Virus record (IMG/VR): IMGVR_UViG_3300022407_001199
Coordinates: 1 to 59,520 of that record
From: a virus
Taxonomy: Duplodnaviria; Caudoviricetes
Reading direction: 5' to 3' (one strand)
DNA: 59,520 nt
Shown piece after piece: positions 1-8,910 of this stretch; within the stretch, counting starts at the first letter, position 1; each line of letters starts with the position of its first letter. The notes under the pieces were generated by a model. That model searched no databases and was not told the origin of the DNA. It worked only from the letters and a program-made list of their open reading frames with translations. A program made the translations under genes and the position numbers.

Positions 1-110
1 AGAAAGAGGAGTGCCCCGCAGACGCATCGACGCACCGCACACACGCCAACCGCGCCCGCTCTCTATAACTGGTATCAGAGGGAGCACCGCGCTGAGCGGC
101 ACTCCCATCA

Positions 111-266
111 TCAGAACTCGTACTCGTCGAGATCCATCCCCTTGTAGAACTCCGTTTCCTCACGGGTTGGGCAAGTGTGGAGCGTCTCCAAGAACTCGCA
201 GTATGTATCGTAGTCAGCGTCAATCCAATACTGGGCCAACATCGCCCGCAGTTCTGTATCAATCAT
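111..266 (-). CDS. Small acidic early protein, 51 aa (MIDTELRAML...DLDEYEF)
   Basis: Translated by hand, below the ORF-track cutoff; AAAGGGGAA SD-like element upstream; same orientation as the neighbouring early genes. Confidence 0.6.
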   Translation of the reverse strand: MIDTELRAMLAQYWIDADYDTYCEFLETLHTCPTREETEFYKGMDLDEYEF

Positions 267-281
267 CTTCGTTCCCCTTTG

Positions 282-515
282 GTTAAGTGAGGCGCTGCAC
301 CATGCAGCGCCTCAGTCGTTTAGCGGCGATATGCCACAGAAAAAGTGCACTTGTTGCGGATGAGAATGTTGATCCATTCTTTCGCTTTTTCGATATCGGT
401 AAATTCTTGCTCCGTGATTCCCATCACTTGACAGAAAGCTATGTCATGGTGCGAAACAATCCACATCATCATCTCCTTAGTTAAGTGAGACGCTGCACCA
501 TGCAGCGTCTCGGTC
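282..515. repeat. Two 36-bp palindromic repeats (282-317, 480-515) forming 11-12 bp hairpins
   Basis: gttaagtgag[g/a]cgctgcaccatgcagcg[c/t]ctc[a/g]gtc; two of the three differences are compensatory. Confidence 0.9.
320..472 (-). CDS. Small early protein, ~50 aa (MMMWIVSHHD...SVAYRR)
   Basis: Translated by hand; AAGGAG SD at 473-478 (true start may be 466); fills the space between the two hairpin repeats. Confidence 0.65.
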   Translation of the reverse strand: MMMWIVSHHDIAFCQVMGITEQEFTDIEKAKEWINILIRNKCTFSVAYRR

Positions 516-528
516 TAGCGTCTACCTC

Positions 529-789
529 TTACACAAACCAAGCTCGGTACATATCATCACCCCAGCGAGGCCACAAGAACCCGACCTTGACATCGTGGCC
601 TCGCTTCAGCACCAGACTGCCGCGCCGCTTGACCAGCACGATGCACTCGACTGGGTAGGCTCTGACACAGTTCATTGCCTCATCGAAGCTCGGCTCATAG
701 TGCGTGTGCTGCCAGTCAGCGTCCCACTGCACCACAACAACGTACCCAAACAACACACACCACACCCGCTTCAGCATCTTGATCATCAT
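529..789 (-). CDS. Hypothetical early protein, 86 aa
   Basis: ORF with AAGGAG SD (793-798), directly downstream of a candidate promoter. Confidence 0.7.
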   Translation of the reverse strand: MMIKMLKRVWCVLFGYVVVVQWDADWQHTHYEPSFDEAMNCVRAYPVECIVLVKRRGSLVLKRGHDVKVGFLWPRWGDDMYRAWFV

Positions 790-834
790 GATCTCCTTGT
801 GTATCGGTCAATCAATACGTCAACCGATGAACCA

Positions 835-863
835 TGTATAGGGGATCCGATCCGAAAAGGCAA
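835..863 (-). promoter_or_regulatory. Candidate sigma70-type early promoter
   Basis: TTGCCT-17 bp-TATACA; shares ATCCCCTATA with the consensus promoter at 58525-58553. Confidence 0.55.
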
Positions 864-902
864 ACCTTTGGGGGGTCCGATACGTCAAATCCGCGATCTG
901 GC

Positions 903-1080
903 GACCCCCACCGACCCCCCACCCCCTTTTTTGGCCCGCCATGCCCTCGCGCTGTACCCACTTAAACCCACACAAATAATCGCATCATTTACTGACGTAT
1001 ACTTACGTAAGACCCCCACCCCTATGTTTTTCTATACTGATCTATGTTTTTTTGTACAAAGGGCTGACCCCCACCCCCCT
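903..1080. repeat. C-tract repeats (GACCCCC(C)ACC) in the divergent non-coding region; possible packaging or origin region
   Basis: Motif variants near 903, 913, 1011 and 1066, interleaved with T-tracts, just upstream of the terminase genes. Confidence 0.5.
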
Positions 1081-1129
1081 CTATTAGGGTTTACGTTACT
1101 AGGGACTCCTACCTCCTTTCAAAAAGCTG

Positions 1130-1138
1130 TGCTATATT
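1130..1138 (+). promoter_or_regulatory. Candidate extended -10 promoter for the late arm
   Basis: TGcTATATT ending 7 nt before the ATG at 1145; no clear -35. Confidence 0.4.
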
Positions 1139-1144
1139 TATAAG

Positions 1145-1714
1145 ATGGACGCACAATTCCCTGATATAGAGCAGAACGTCCCTCTGCCAGACTCTGCAAA
1201 AGAGGCATACCCAGATCTAACCCCACGGGAAGAACTGGATATGCGGGCACGGACAATCAAAATGCTTTCCGATCTCACTGGCCGACCACTCGCGCCAGAT
1301 GGGGGTGATCGAGATGCCGCACGCCGACTTGCAACAGAGATGGTTGACAGTGGCCCAATTCGCCCCGACCTTGCCATATACCCAAACGAAACCATTGCCT
1401 ATCTAGCAGGTCTTGTAGCGCAGTACGACACACAAGTTGTACGAGAGCTTGCAGATCTGAAGAGATTTGTAGTCAATAAGCTTGTCGAAGAGACAGGTCA
1501 CCCCGATGCCAAAATACGGCTGGGTGCATTGAAAGCTTTAGGTGAAGTTGATGGCGTCGATGCTTTCAAGAAGCGTACTGAAGTGACAGTCAAACTTCAG
1601 TCAATAGAGGAAGTAGAGAAGGAACTTCTCGAAACTCTGGCTAAGCTTGAACAGAACACTATCGACGTTAAGATGGTTGAGGTCGTGGAGGAAAATGACA
1701 CAACTGACTCCTGA
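1145..1714 (+). CDS. terS: Putative terminase small subunit
   Basis: Helical 189-aa protein overlapping the start of the large terminase; positional call. Confidence 0.6.
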   Translation: MDAQFPDIEQNVPLPDSAKEAYPDLTPREELDMRARTIKMLSDLTGRPLAPDGGDRDAARRLATEMVDSGPIRPDLAIYPNETIAYLAGLVAQYDTQVVRELADLKRFVVNKLVEETGHPDAKIRLGALKALGEVDGVDAFKKRTEVTVKLQSIEEVEKELLETLAKLEQNTIDVKMVEVVEENDTTDS

Positions 1715-3206
1715 CAAGATATCCAAACTCCGGGCAGCATTACCTACGATGCCCGATGAGTTGAAAAGAAGTACCCTAGATCTCCTTAAGCAATGGGAGG
1801 CTGAGTATTCCTGCGCGAAAAGCAAGGAATCCTTTTTGGATTTCATTGCTAATGTGTATCCTGACTATAAAGTAGGCCCACACCACCGCAAACTTGCCAA
1901 GATATTCGAGGATATCGCTGCTGGTAGGAAGAAAAGGGTGATTGTCAACATCGCCCCACGACACGGTAAGTCAGAATTGATCTCTTACCTTGCTCCTGCA
2001 TGGTTCTTGGGCAAATACCCGCATAAAAAGGTCATCATGGCCTCGCACACTGCGGATCTGGCCGTCAATTTTGGCCGTAGAGTGCGAAATTTGGTCAGTT
2101 CTGACCCCTACAAGACCATTTTTCCTCAAGTTACGCTTCAAGCCGACTCGAAATCTGCCTCTAGGTGGGGTACGAACTTCAATGGCGAGTACTTCGCTAT
2201 TGGTGTGGGTGGTGCACTGGCTGGTCGAGGTGCTGATCTGTTCATTATTGATGACCCACACTCTGAGCAAGATGCAAAACAGGGCAGAGCAGATGTGTTT
2301 TTGCCCGCTTGGGAGTGGTTTCAGTCAGGTCCGTTGCAGCGTTTGATGCCGGGAGGGGCCATCATTGTCGTTATGACAAGGTGGAGTAAGTTGGACTTAA
2401 CAGGCCAACTCGTCAAGCAGATGGTCAACGAGGATGGTGTAGAGCCTTGGGAAGTCGTTGAATTCCCTGCCATCCTGAATGAGAAACCGCTTTGGCCTGA
2501 TTTCTGGCCCTTGGAAGAGCTTTTAGCTAAAAAAGCGGCAATGGATCCCCGGTACTGGCAAGCCCAGTATATGCAAAATCCAGTATCTGAAGAGGGTGCA
2601 CTACTCAAGCGTGAGTGGTGGCGGATATGGGACAAGGAAGATCCGCCCCAGTGTGAGTTTATTATTATGTCTCTTGACGCAGCGCAGGAAGCTTCAACCC
2701 GTGCTGACTATAATGCTCTCACCACATGGGGGGTATTCTTCAACGAAGAAGTCAATAACTTCAACATTATCTTGCTCAACGCTATCAAAAAGCGAATGGA
2801 GTTTCCAGAGCTTAAGAAGTTGGTACTGGAAGAGTATAAAGAGTGGGAGCCCGATGCGTTTATCGTGGAGAAGAAGTCCAATGGCTCGGCGCTGTATCAG
2901 GAGCTTCGCCGCATGGGTGTGCCTGTAGGAGAGTTCACTCCGGGCAAGGGGCAAGACAAAATTTCACGGGTCAACGCTGTTTCGGATCTGTTTTCGTCAG
3001 GTATAGTTTGGGCTCCTGATAGGCGGTGGGCCAAGGAAGTAATGGAAGAGTGCAATGACTTCCCTAGCGGAGAGAATGATGACTTGGTGGACTCCACCAC
3101 TCAAGCCTTGCTGAGATTTAGGCAAGGGGGGTTCTTGCGACTGCCAACTGATGAGCCCGAAGAAGTACAGTTCTTCAAGAGCCGCCGTCACGCTGCATAT
3201 TACTAG
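1695..3206 (+). CDS. terL: Terminase large subunit
   Basis: Walker A APRHGKS, Walker B IIDDP, C-terminal RNase H-like nuclease (SLDAAQ, DDLVDS); ATG 1695 with GGAGG SD preferred over 1647. Confidence 0.95.
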   Translation: MTQLTPDKISKLRAALPTMPDELKRSTLDLLKQWEAEYSCAKSKESFLDFIANVYPDYKVGPHHRKLAKIFEDIAAGRKKRVIVNIAPRHGKSELISYLAPAWFLGKYPHKKVIMASHTADLAVNFGRRVRNLVSSDPYKTIFPQVTLQADSKSASRWGTNFNGEYFAIGVGGALAGRGADLFIIDDPHSEQDAKQGRADVFLPAWEWFQSGPLQRLMPGGAIIVVMTRWSKLDLTGQLVKQMVNEDGVEPWEVVEFPAILNEKPLWPDFWPLEELLAKKAAMDPRYWQAQYMQNPVSEEGALLKREWWRIWDKEDPPQCEFIIMSLDAAQEASTRADYNALTTWGVFFNEEVNNFNIILLNAIKKRMEFPELKKLVLEEYKEWEPDAFIVEKKSNGSALYQELRRMGVPVGEFTPGKGQDKISRVNAVSDLFSSGIVWAPDRRWAKEVMEECNDFPSGENDDLVDSTTQALLRFRQGGFLRLPTDEPEEVQFFKSRRHAAYY

Positions 3207-3228
3207 GCACTAAGCACTGAGAACCAAC

Positions 3229-3498
3229 ATGGCTACACAGAAGTTCATGGGCAGACATCAGTTGATTGACCGCTTGTCGGCGCAGATCGGCTCGCGTGAA
3301 ACCGCACTTGAGGTTCTGAAAAAGCGTGGGCACGTAGATGACAAGGGCAACTTGACCGCTGCTGGCAAGAAGCGCGATTCAATGACTGCCGAAGAACGTG
3401 CTTTGGATAGAGCAAGTACAAAATCAGCCTCTGGCAAAAAGCCCACGGCGTTCAAATACAATCCCCGCACTAATCGTGCAACTCTTAAGAAGACTTGA
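3229..3498 (+). CDS. Small basic hypothetical protein, 89 aa
   Basis: ORF fills the terL-portal gap. Confidence 0.7.
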   Translation: MATQKFMGRHQLIDRLSAQIGSRETALEVLKKRGHVDDKGNLTAAGKKRDSMTAEERALDRASTKSASGKKPTAFKYNPRTNRATLKKT

Positions 3499-3499
3499 T

Positions 3500-6070
3500 A
3501 TGGCAACCAACATTGATAAAGGGCTGTATCAAGCCCCACTGGGCCTTGAAGATGCTGGGCAAGGGCAAGAGCCCATTGAGATCGAGATCATTGACCCCGA
3601 AGAAGTGAACATCCGCGCTGGGGATCTGGAACTCTCCATCGAAAAAGGCGAAGAAGACGAGAGCTTTGATGAGAATCTAGCCGAGGAAATGGATGAGGGG
3701 GCCATGTCTGAGATGGCTGGAGACCTCGTTGATGACATAGATAACGACAAGGCTTCACGCAAGGACTGGGAAAAAGCCTACACCGAGGGTCTGAAACTGC
3801 TAGGTTTGCAATACGAGGAACGTACCGAACCTTGGAATGGTGCTTGTGGCGTGTTCCACCCCATGATTACTGAGGCGGTGATCCGGTTCCAGTCAGAGAC
3901 CATCACCGAGACGTTCCCTGCATCAGGGCCAGTACGCACAAAGATTCTCGGCAAGGAGACGCCAGAGAAGAAAGAAGCCGCTGTTCGTGTCGAGGATGAC
4001 ATGAACTATGAACTCACCGAAGTCATGCGGGAGTTCAGGCCAGAACACGAGCGGATGCTATGGAGCCTCCCGGCCACGGGTTCTGCGTTCAAGAAAGTGT
4101 ACTACGACCCATCACTGGGGCGTCAGGTTTCGATCTTTATTCCCGCAGAGGACATACTTCTGCCATATGGTACGTCTGACCTAGACACTTGCTACCGCCT
4201 CACCCATGTGATGCGTAAAACCAAGAACGAGGTGCTGAAGCTGCAACAAGCGGGCTTCTACAGAGATATCGAGTTGCCTGATCCGACTAAGACAACTGAT
4301 GACATCCAGAAAGCCAAGGACAAAGAGACTGGCTTCAGCGACATCAATGATGACCGCCTGACTATCTATGAGTGCCACGTGGATCTTGATCTCAAGGGAT
4401 TTGAGGACAAGGACGACAAAGGCGAAGAAACCGGGATCTACCTCCCATATGTTGTCACTTTAATCAAAGGATCCAATGAAGTCCTTGCTATTAGGCGGAA
4501 CTGGAAAGAGGACGACGACCTCAAACTCAAACGTCAGCACTTCGTCCATTATCAGTACATCCCCGGTTTTGGCGCGTATGGCTTTGGCCTATTCCATCTC
4601 ATCGGAGGATATGCGAAGTCAGCTACTAGCATTATGCGACAGTTGGTTGACGCAGGAACGCTGTCCAACCTACCCGGAGGACTCAAATCCCGAGGACTGC
4701 GAATCAAGGGAGACGACACCCCCATCGCCCCCGGTGAGTGGCGAGATGTAGATATTGGCTCAGGAGCCCTGCGCGACAACCTGTTACCCCTGCCATATAA
4801 GGAACCAAGTGCGGTTCTAGCAGGGCTGCTGGACAAGATCGTTGATGAGGGTCGCCGCTTCGCTGCATCTGCTGATATGAACGTCAGCGATATGTCGGCT
4901 AACGCTCCTGTTGGTTCAACTCTGGCGATCCTTGAGCGGCAGCTTAAGGTGATGACGGCGGTTCAGGCTCGGGTTCACTATTCGTTCAAGCAAGAGCTTC
5001 AGTTGTTGGCCGCAATCATTCGTGACTATACGGATGATATGTATGACTACGACCCCGGCGATGAGACTACGGGAGCCAAGAAGTCAGACTATTCCCACGT
5101 AGACATCATCCCGGTCAGTGATCCTAACGCTGCAACCATGAGTCAGCGTGTGGTGCAGTATCAGGCTGTGATCCAGATGGCGCAGATGGCCCCTGAGATT
5201 TACAACCTCCCACAACTGCACCGTGCCATGTTGGACGTTCTGGGTATCAAGAACGCTGAGAAGCTCGTCCCACTCCCTGACGACATGAAGCCAAAAGATC
5301 CGGTCACGGAGAACATGGACATCCTGAAGTGCGAGCCGCTGAAGGCATTCATCTTCCAAGACCATGAGTCGCATATCCAAGTGCATATGTCGATGACCCA
5401 AGACCCGACGATTACGCAACTGATCGGGCAGAATCCCAAGGCTCAACAGATGATGAGCGCGGGTATGGCTCACATTGCTGAACACGCAGCGTATGCGTAT
5501 CGTCAGAAGATCGAGCAGCAGTTGGGTATGCAGATGCCTCCGGAAGACAGTGAAGTGAAGCTGGATCCAGAAGTCGAGAACGCTATGTCGCAGATGATGG
5601 CTCAAGCAGCGCAGCAAGTGCTTCAGATTAGCAAAACAAATCAAGCGCAACAGCAAGCTCAGCAAGCTCAGCAAGACCCGATTGTTCAGATGCAGCAGCA
5701 AGAATTGCAGCTTAAGCAGCAGGAAATCCAGATCAAGCAGCAGGAATTGCAGATCAAGGCACAAGCTGCTATGCACAAAGCTCAGATGGACGAGAAGAAA
5801 CTCGCTGCTGATACTGCGGCCAAGGCTGATCAGTTGGAGGCTCAAAAGGCCCAGATTGACGGAGAGTTGCAGCTTGGCGCAATGCAAGTTCAGATCAAGA
5901 CCAAATCAGAACAAGACAAGTTGGCTGCTCAACAAGAGCGTGAAGGCACTCGCATGGGTATCGACATCGCTAGGGCCAAGGCGCAAGACAACCAAAACAC
6001 TAGGAAGCAGCGAGTTGATGAGCGCATCAGTGCTGCAAAAGTTAAACAATCTACAAAACCAACTGAATGA
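3500..6070 (+). CDS. Portal protein with Gln-rich C-terminal coiled-coil extension
   Basis: Position after terL; GSAFKKVYYD and FGAYGFGL segments typical of P22-like portals; start at MATNIDK. Confidence 0.88.
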   Translation: MATNIDKGLYQAPLGLEDAGQGQEPIEIEIIDPEEVNIRAGDLELSIEKGEEDESFDENLAEEMDEGAMSEMAGDLVDDIDNDKASRKDWEKAYTEGLKLLGLQYEERTEPWNGACGVFHPMITEAVIRFQSETITETFPASGPVRTKILGKETPEKKEAAVRVEDDMNYELTEVMREFRPEHERMLWSLPATGSAFKKVYYDPSLGRQVSIFIPAEDILLPYGTSDLDTCYRLTHVMRKTKNEVLKLQQAGFYRDIELPDPTKTTDDIQKAKDKETGFSDINDDRLTIYECHVDLDLKGFEDKDDKGEETGIYLPYVVTLIKGSNEVLAIRRNWKEDDDLKLKRQHFVHYQYIPGFGAYGFGLFHLIGGYAKSATSIMRQLVDAGTLSNLPGGLKSRGLRIKGDDTPIAPGEWRDVDIGSGALRDNLLPLPYKEPSAVLAGLLDKIVDEGRRFAASADMNVSDMSANAPVGSTLAILERQLKVMTAVQARVHYSFKQELQLLAAIIRDYTDDMYDYDPGDETTGAKKSDYSHVDIIPVSDPNAATMSQRVVQYQAVIQMAQMAPEIYNLPQLHRAMLDVLGIKNAEKLVPLPDDMKPKDPVTENMDILKCEPLKAFIFQDHESHIQVHMSMTQDPTITQLIGQNPKAQQMMSAGMAHIAEHAAYAYRQKIEQQLGMQMPPEDSEVKLDPEVENAMSQMMAQAAQQVLQISKTNQAQQQAQQAQQDPIVQMQQQELQLKQQEIQIKQQELQIKAQAAMHKAQMDEKKLAADTAAKADQLEAQKAQIDGELQLGAMQVQIKTKSEQDKLAAQQEREGTRMGIDIARAKAQDNQNTRKQRVDERISAAKVKQSTKPTE

Positions 6071-6261
6071 TTACCACCTTCGCACGTGTATTGCGCGACC
6101 AAATACGCACTGATATGAACAACTATACGGACGATATAGCCACGGGCGTCTGCAAAACTTTCGACGAATATCAAAAACTCTGTGGGGTTATTCAGGGTCT
6201 AGCCCTCGCGGAGCGTTACTTACTTGACCTTGCTAAGAAAGTTGAAGAATCCGATGAGTAA
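6067..6261 (+). CDS. Hypothetical protein, 64 aa
   Basis: ATGA-coupled to portal; helical. Confidence 0.75.
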   Translation: MITTFARVLRDQIRTDMNNYTDDIATGVCKTFDEYQKLCGVIQGLALAERYLLDLAKKVEESDE

Positions 6262-6685
6262 CCTCATTCTGCCTCCCGGTCTAATCCTGCCACAGATCCA
6301 ACCACGTGAAACTCAAGAGGAAGATATTCCCCTTGAAGAGCGCGGCAAGTCGCTCCCTGAACCTACGGGTTGGCGCATCTTGTGCATGGTTCCTGATGTA
6401 TCCGACAAGATCGAGGGCACTGATCTTGATCTGGTGAAGGCTACCAACTCGCTGCGGCAAGAGGAGCACGCCACCACAGTACTGTTTGTCGTGAAGATGG
6501 GTCCACAAGCCTATCAAGATGTCGATAAGTTTGGTGATACTCCGTGGTGTAAGCAGGGCGACTTCGTGCTCGTCCGCGCCTACTCAGGTACGCGATTCAA
6601 GGTATTTGGCAAGGAGTTCCGCATGATCAATGACGATCAGGTGGAAGGTATTGTGGAAGACCCACGTGGCATTAGCCGCGCTTAA
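6254..6685 (+). CDS. groES: GroES/Cpn10-like co-chaperonin
   Basis: PTGWRIL...VVKMGP...KQGDFVLVRAYSGTRFKVFGKEFRMINDDQVEGIV follows the Cpn10 pattern. Confidence 0.85.
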   Translation: MSNLILPPGLILPQIQPRETQEEDIPLEERGKSLPEPTGWRILCMVPDVSDKIEGTDLDLVKATNSLRQEEHATTVLFVVKMGPQAYQDVDKFGDTPWCKQGDFVLVRAYSGTRFKVFGKEFRMINDDQVEGIVEDPRGISRA

Positions 6686-6695
6686 GGAGTAATAT

Positions 6696-7619
6696 ATGGA
6701 ACCATATGTCTTTCCAGACGAAAAAGAAGACAAGAACGAAGTAGTCGTTGGTGAAGATTCATCAGAGATTGAAATCGAGATTGTTGACGATACTCCTGAA
6801 CAAGACCGTGGCCGCAAGCCACTTGAGCGTGAAGTCGAAGATCCATCTGAGGATGAGATTGAGAACTACTCGGATAAGGTCAAGAACCGTATCAAAGAGT
6901 TGACCCATGCACGGCATGATGAGCGTCGGGCTAAGGAAGCAATCCAACGCGAACGTGAAGAGCTTGATAAGCTCACGAAACATCTTCTTGATGAGAACAG
7001 AAATCTCAAGAGGTATGTGAACGATGGTACGCAGCACTATGCTACGACTATCAAGTCTGCTGCTGAAGCTGAAATGGCTATGGCTCGCAAGATGTACAAG
7101 GAAGCACAAGAAGCTTTCGATGCTGATGCGATCATTAAGGCCCAAGAAGCTCTCACCGATGCAAAGTGGAAACTCGAAGAGGCAAAAAGATTTAACCCAA
7201 CCTCTTTACAGATAGACGAAACTGAGGTACAACCTCGTCAATCTATTCCCCAACAAGTAGAACCAGATCAGAAGACACAGCGCTGGATGCAAAAAAACCA
7301 GTGGTTTGGATCTCCGGGGTACGAGGAACTTACCAGCTTCTCACTAGGGCTGCATCAAAAACTAGTGAATAACGGTGTTGAACCGTCAAGCGATGAGTAC
7401 TTTAAGCAGATTGATTCGAGGTTGCACTCGACTTTCCCTGAAGTGTTCATTAAGGCCAAAACCTCTAAACCTGCGTCCGTAGTCGCATCTGCAACCCGCT
7501 CGACGGGGCCAAGGAAAGTATCTCTAACCGCCACGCAAGTAGCACTGGCTAAGAAATACGGTCTGACCCCTCAACAGTACGCCGCCGAAGTCGCAAAATT
7601 GGAGAATCAAAATGGCTGA
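6696..7619 (+). CDS. Putative capsid scaffolding protein
   Basis: Acidic N-terminus, coiled coil, C-terminal LTATQVALAKKYGLTPQQYA helix-turn-helix; position between portal and capsid. Confidence 0.7.
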   Translation: MEPYVFPDEKEDKNEVVVGEDSSEIEIEIVDDTPEQDRGRKPLEREVEDPSEDEIENYSDKVKNRIKELTHARHDERRAKEAIQREREELDKLTKHLLDENRNLKRYVNDGTQHYATTIKSAAEAEMAMARKMYKEAQEAFDADAIIKAQEALTDAKWKLEEAKRFNPTSLQIDETEVQPRQSIPQQVEPDQKTQRWMQKNQWFGSPGYEELTSFSLGLHQKLVNNGVEPSSDEYFKQIDSRLHSTFPEVFIKAKTSKPASVVASATRSTGPRKVSLTATQVALAKKYGLTPQQYAAEVAKLENQNG

Positions 7620-8061
7620 AAATCGCATCCCCCGTGACCTTGAGTCCCGCGAAAAACAAACACGCTACGTATACAAACCTTCGAGCACCTTGCCCGATCC
7701 AACCCCACAGCCCGGATGGGCCTTCCGTTGGATTGCAACGCACATTCTCGGTCAGTCAGATCCAACCAATGTCTCACGCAAACGGCGTGACGGCTGGGAA
7801 CCAGTAAGGTCGGAAGATCATCCTGAGTTGATGCTCTCTCCCACTGCGTCTGGTAATGTTGAGATTGGTGGCCTGATGCTGTGCAAGATGCCCGATGCAA
7901 AACTCGCCGCTATGTCTGAGTATTACGACAATGTCAGTAAGCAACAGTCAGAGTCGGTAGACAACAATTTCCTTCGTCAAAATGATCCCCGTATGCCGCT
8001 GTTTGCGGAACGCAAGTCCAACGTGACTCGCGGTGCGGGGTTTGGTTCAGGCACTAAATAA
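7612..8061 (+). CDS. Hypothetical head-module protein, 149 aa
   Basis: GGAG SD; overlaps the scaffold stop. Confidence 0.75.
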   Translation: MAENRIPRDLESREKQTRYVYKPSSTLPDPTPQPGWAFRWIATHILGQSDPTNVSRKRRDGWEPVRSEDHPELMLSPTASGNVEIGGLMLCKMPDAKLAAMSEYYDNVSKQQSESVDNNFLRQNDPRMPLFAERKSNVTRGAGFGSGTK

Positions 8062-8072
8062 AGGAGTCTTAA

Positions 8073-8897
8073 ATGGCTTATCCAACGGTTGCAGCCCCAT
8101 ATGGGTTCAAACCTGTCAACCTAATCGGTGGACAGGTGTTCTCTGGTTCTACGCGAGAGTATCCAATCGCGTATAACTCCGGAACTGCTATTTACTACGG
8201 TGACCTCGTCACTCTTTCGGCGGGATTTATCATCCCTATCGCTTCGTTGCCCGTCACTACGTCTAATACGACAGTTGGCGTTTTCTTGGGTTGCCATTAC
8301 ACGAATCCGGGCACGAAGCAGCGTCTGTTCTCGCAGTTCTACCCTGCGACTACGGCTGCTGGCGACATTACCGCTATCGTCTGTGATGATCCTGACACCG
8401 TGTTCCAAGTGGCTTGTACCGCTTCGGCAGCTTCGGCAACCATCGGTTCGACCTCGGCGCTGTCGCTGGGCTTGAATCTGGCTGGCGGCACGCTGACTGG
8501 TACGGCTGGTGGCAATAATGGTCGCGGTGCTGTGGTTGGTGCTTCGGCAACGACTTCTGGCGGCGGTTTCCGTGTTCTCGCCTTGGTTCCTGAGTCGCAG
8601 GTTTCCTCTACGGCCACGTATGTGTCCGGTACGGGTTCTGCCTCGGTTGTGGTCTCGGGCCTGAGTGTGGGACAGGTTATTCCTGTCGGCACTGACATCT
8701 ATAACGTGGTTGGTGACCAGCTTCAGTTCACGGGCTCGTCGGTTATTACGTCGCCTGTCACTGTTACCACTACTGGTAACACGACGCTGGCTACTACGTC
8801 TTCCACTGTTACCATTGCTGGTACTGTGGTGTTGGTTCAAACCCCTGAAGTTCTGGTTAAACTGAACTTCGGCGCTCACCGCTACTACGTGGCTTAA
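8073..8897 (+). CDS. Putative capsid decoration/cement protein
   Basis: AAGGAG SD; beta-rich and T/G/S/V-rich; immediately upstream of the major capsid gene. Confidence 0.6.
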   Translation: MAYPTVAAPYGFKPVNLIGGQVFSGSTREYPIAYNSGTAIYYGDLVTLSAGFIIPIASLPVTTSNTTVGVFLGCHYTNPGTKQRLFSQFYPATTAAGDITAIVCDDPDTVFQVACTASAASATIGSTSALSLGLNLAGGTLTGTAGGNNGRGAVVGASATTSGGGFRVLALVPESQVSSTATYVSGTGSASVVVSGLSVGQVIPVGTDIYNVVGDQLQFTGSSVITSPVTVTTTGNTTLATTSSTVTIAGTVVLVQTPEVLVKLNFGAHRYYVA

Positions 8898-8910
8898 GGA
8901 GTAATATACT

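Noticed and set aside
282-515. Hairpin repeats as a CRISPR array or integron attC sites (GTTAAGT fits GTTRRRY)
   Set aside because: Only two copies with a 162-bp gene-containing spacer; the attC boxes are in the wrong order relative to the hairpin; no cas or integron integrase gene
595-1143. 182-aa + strand ORF
   Set aside because: Runs antisense to a gene with a good SD and through the promoter and C-tract region; no RBS; low-complexity translation
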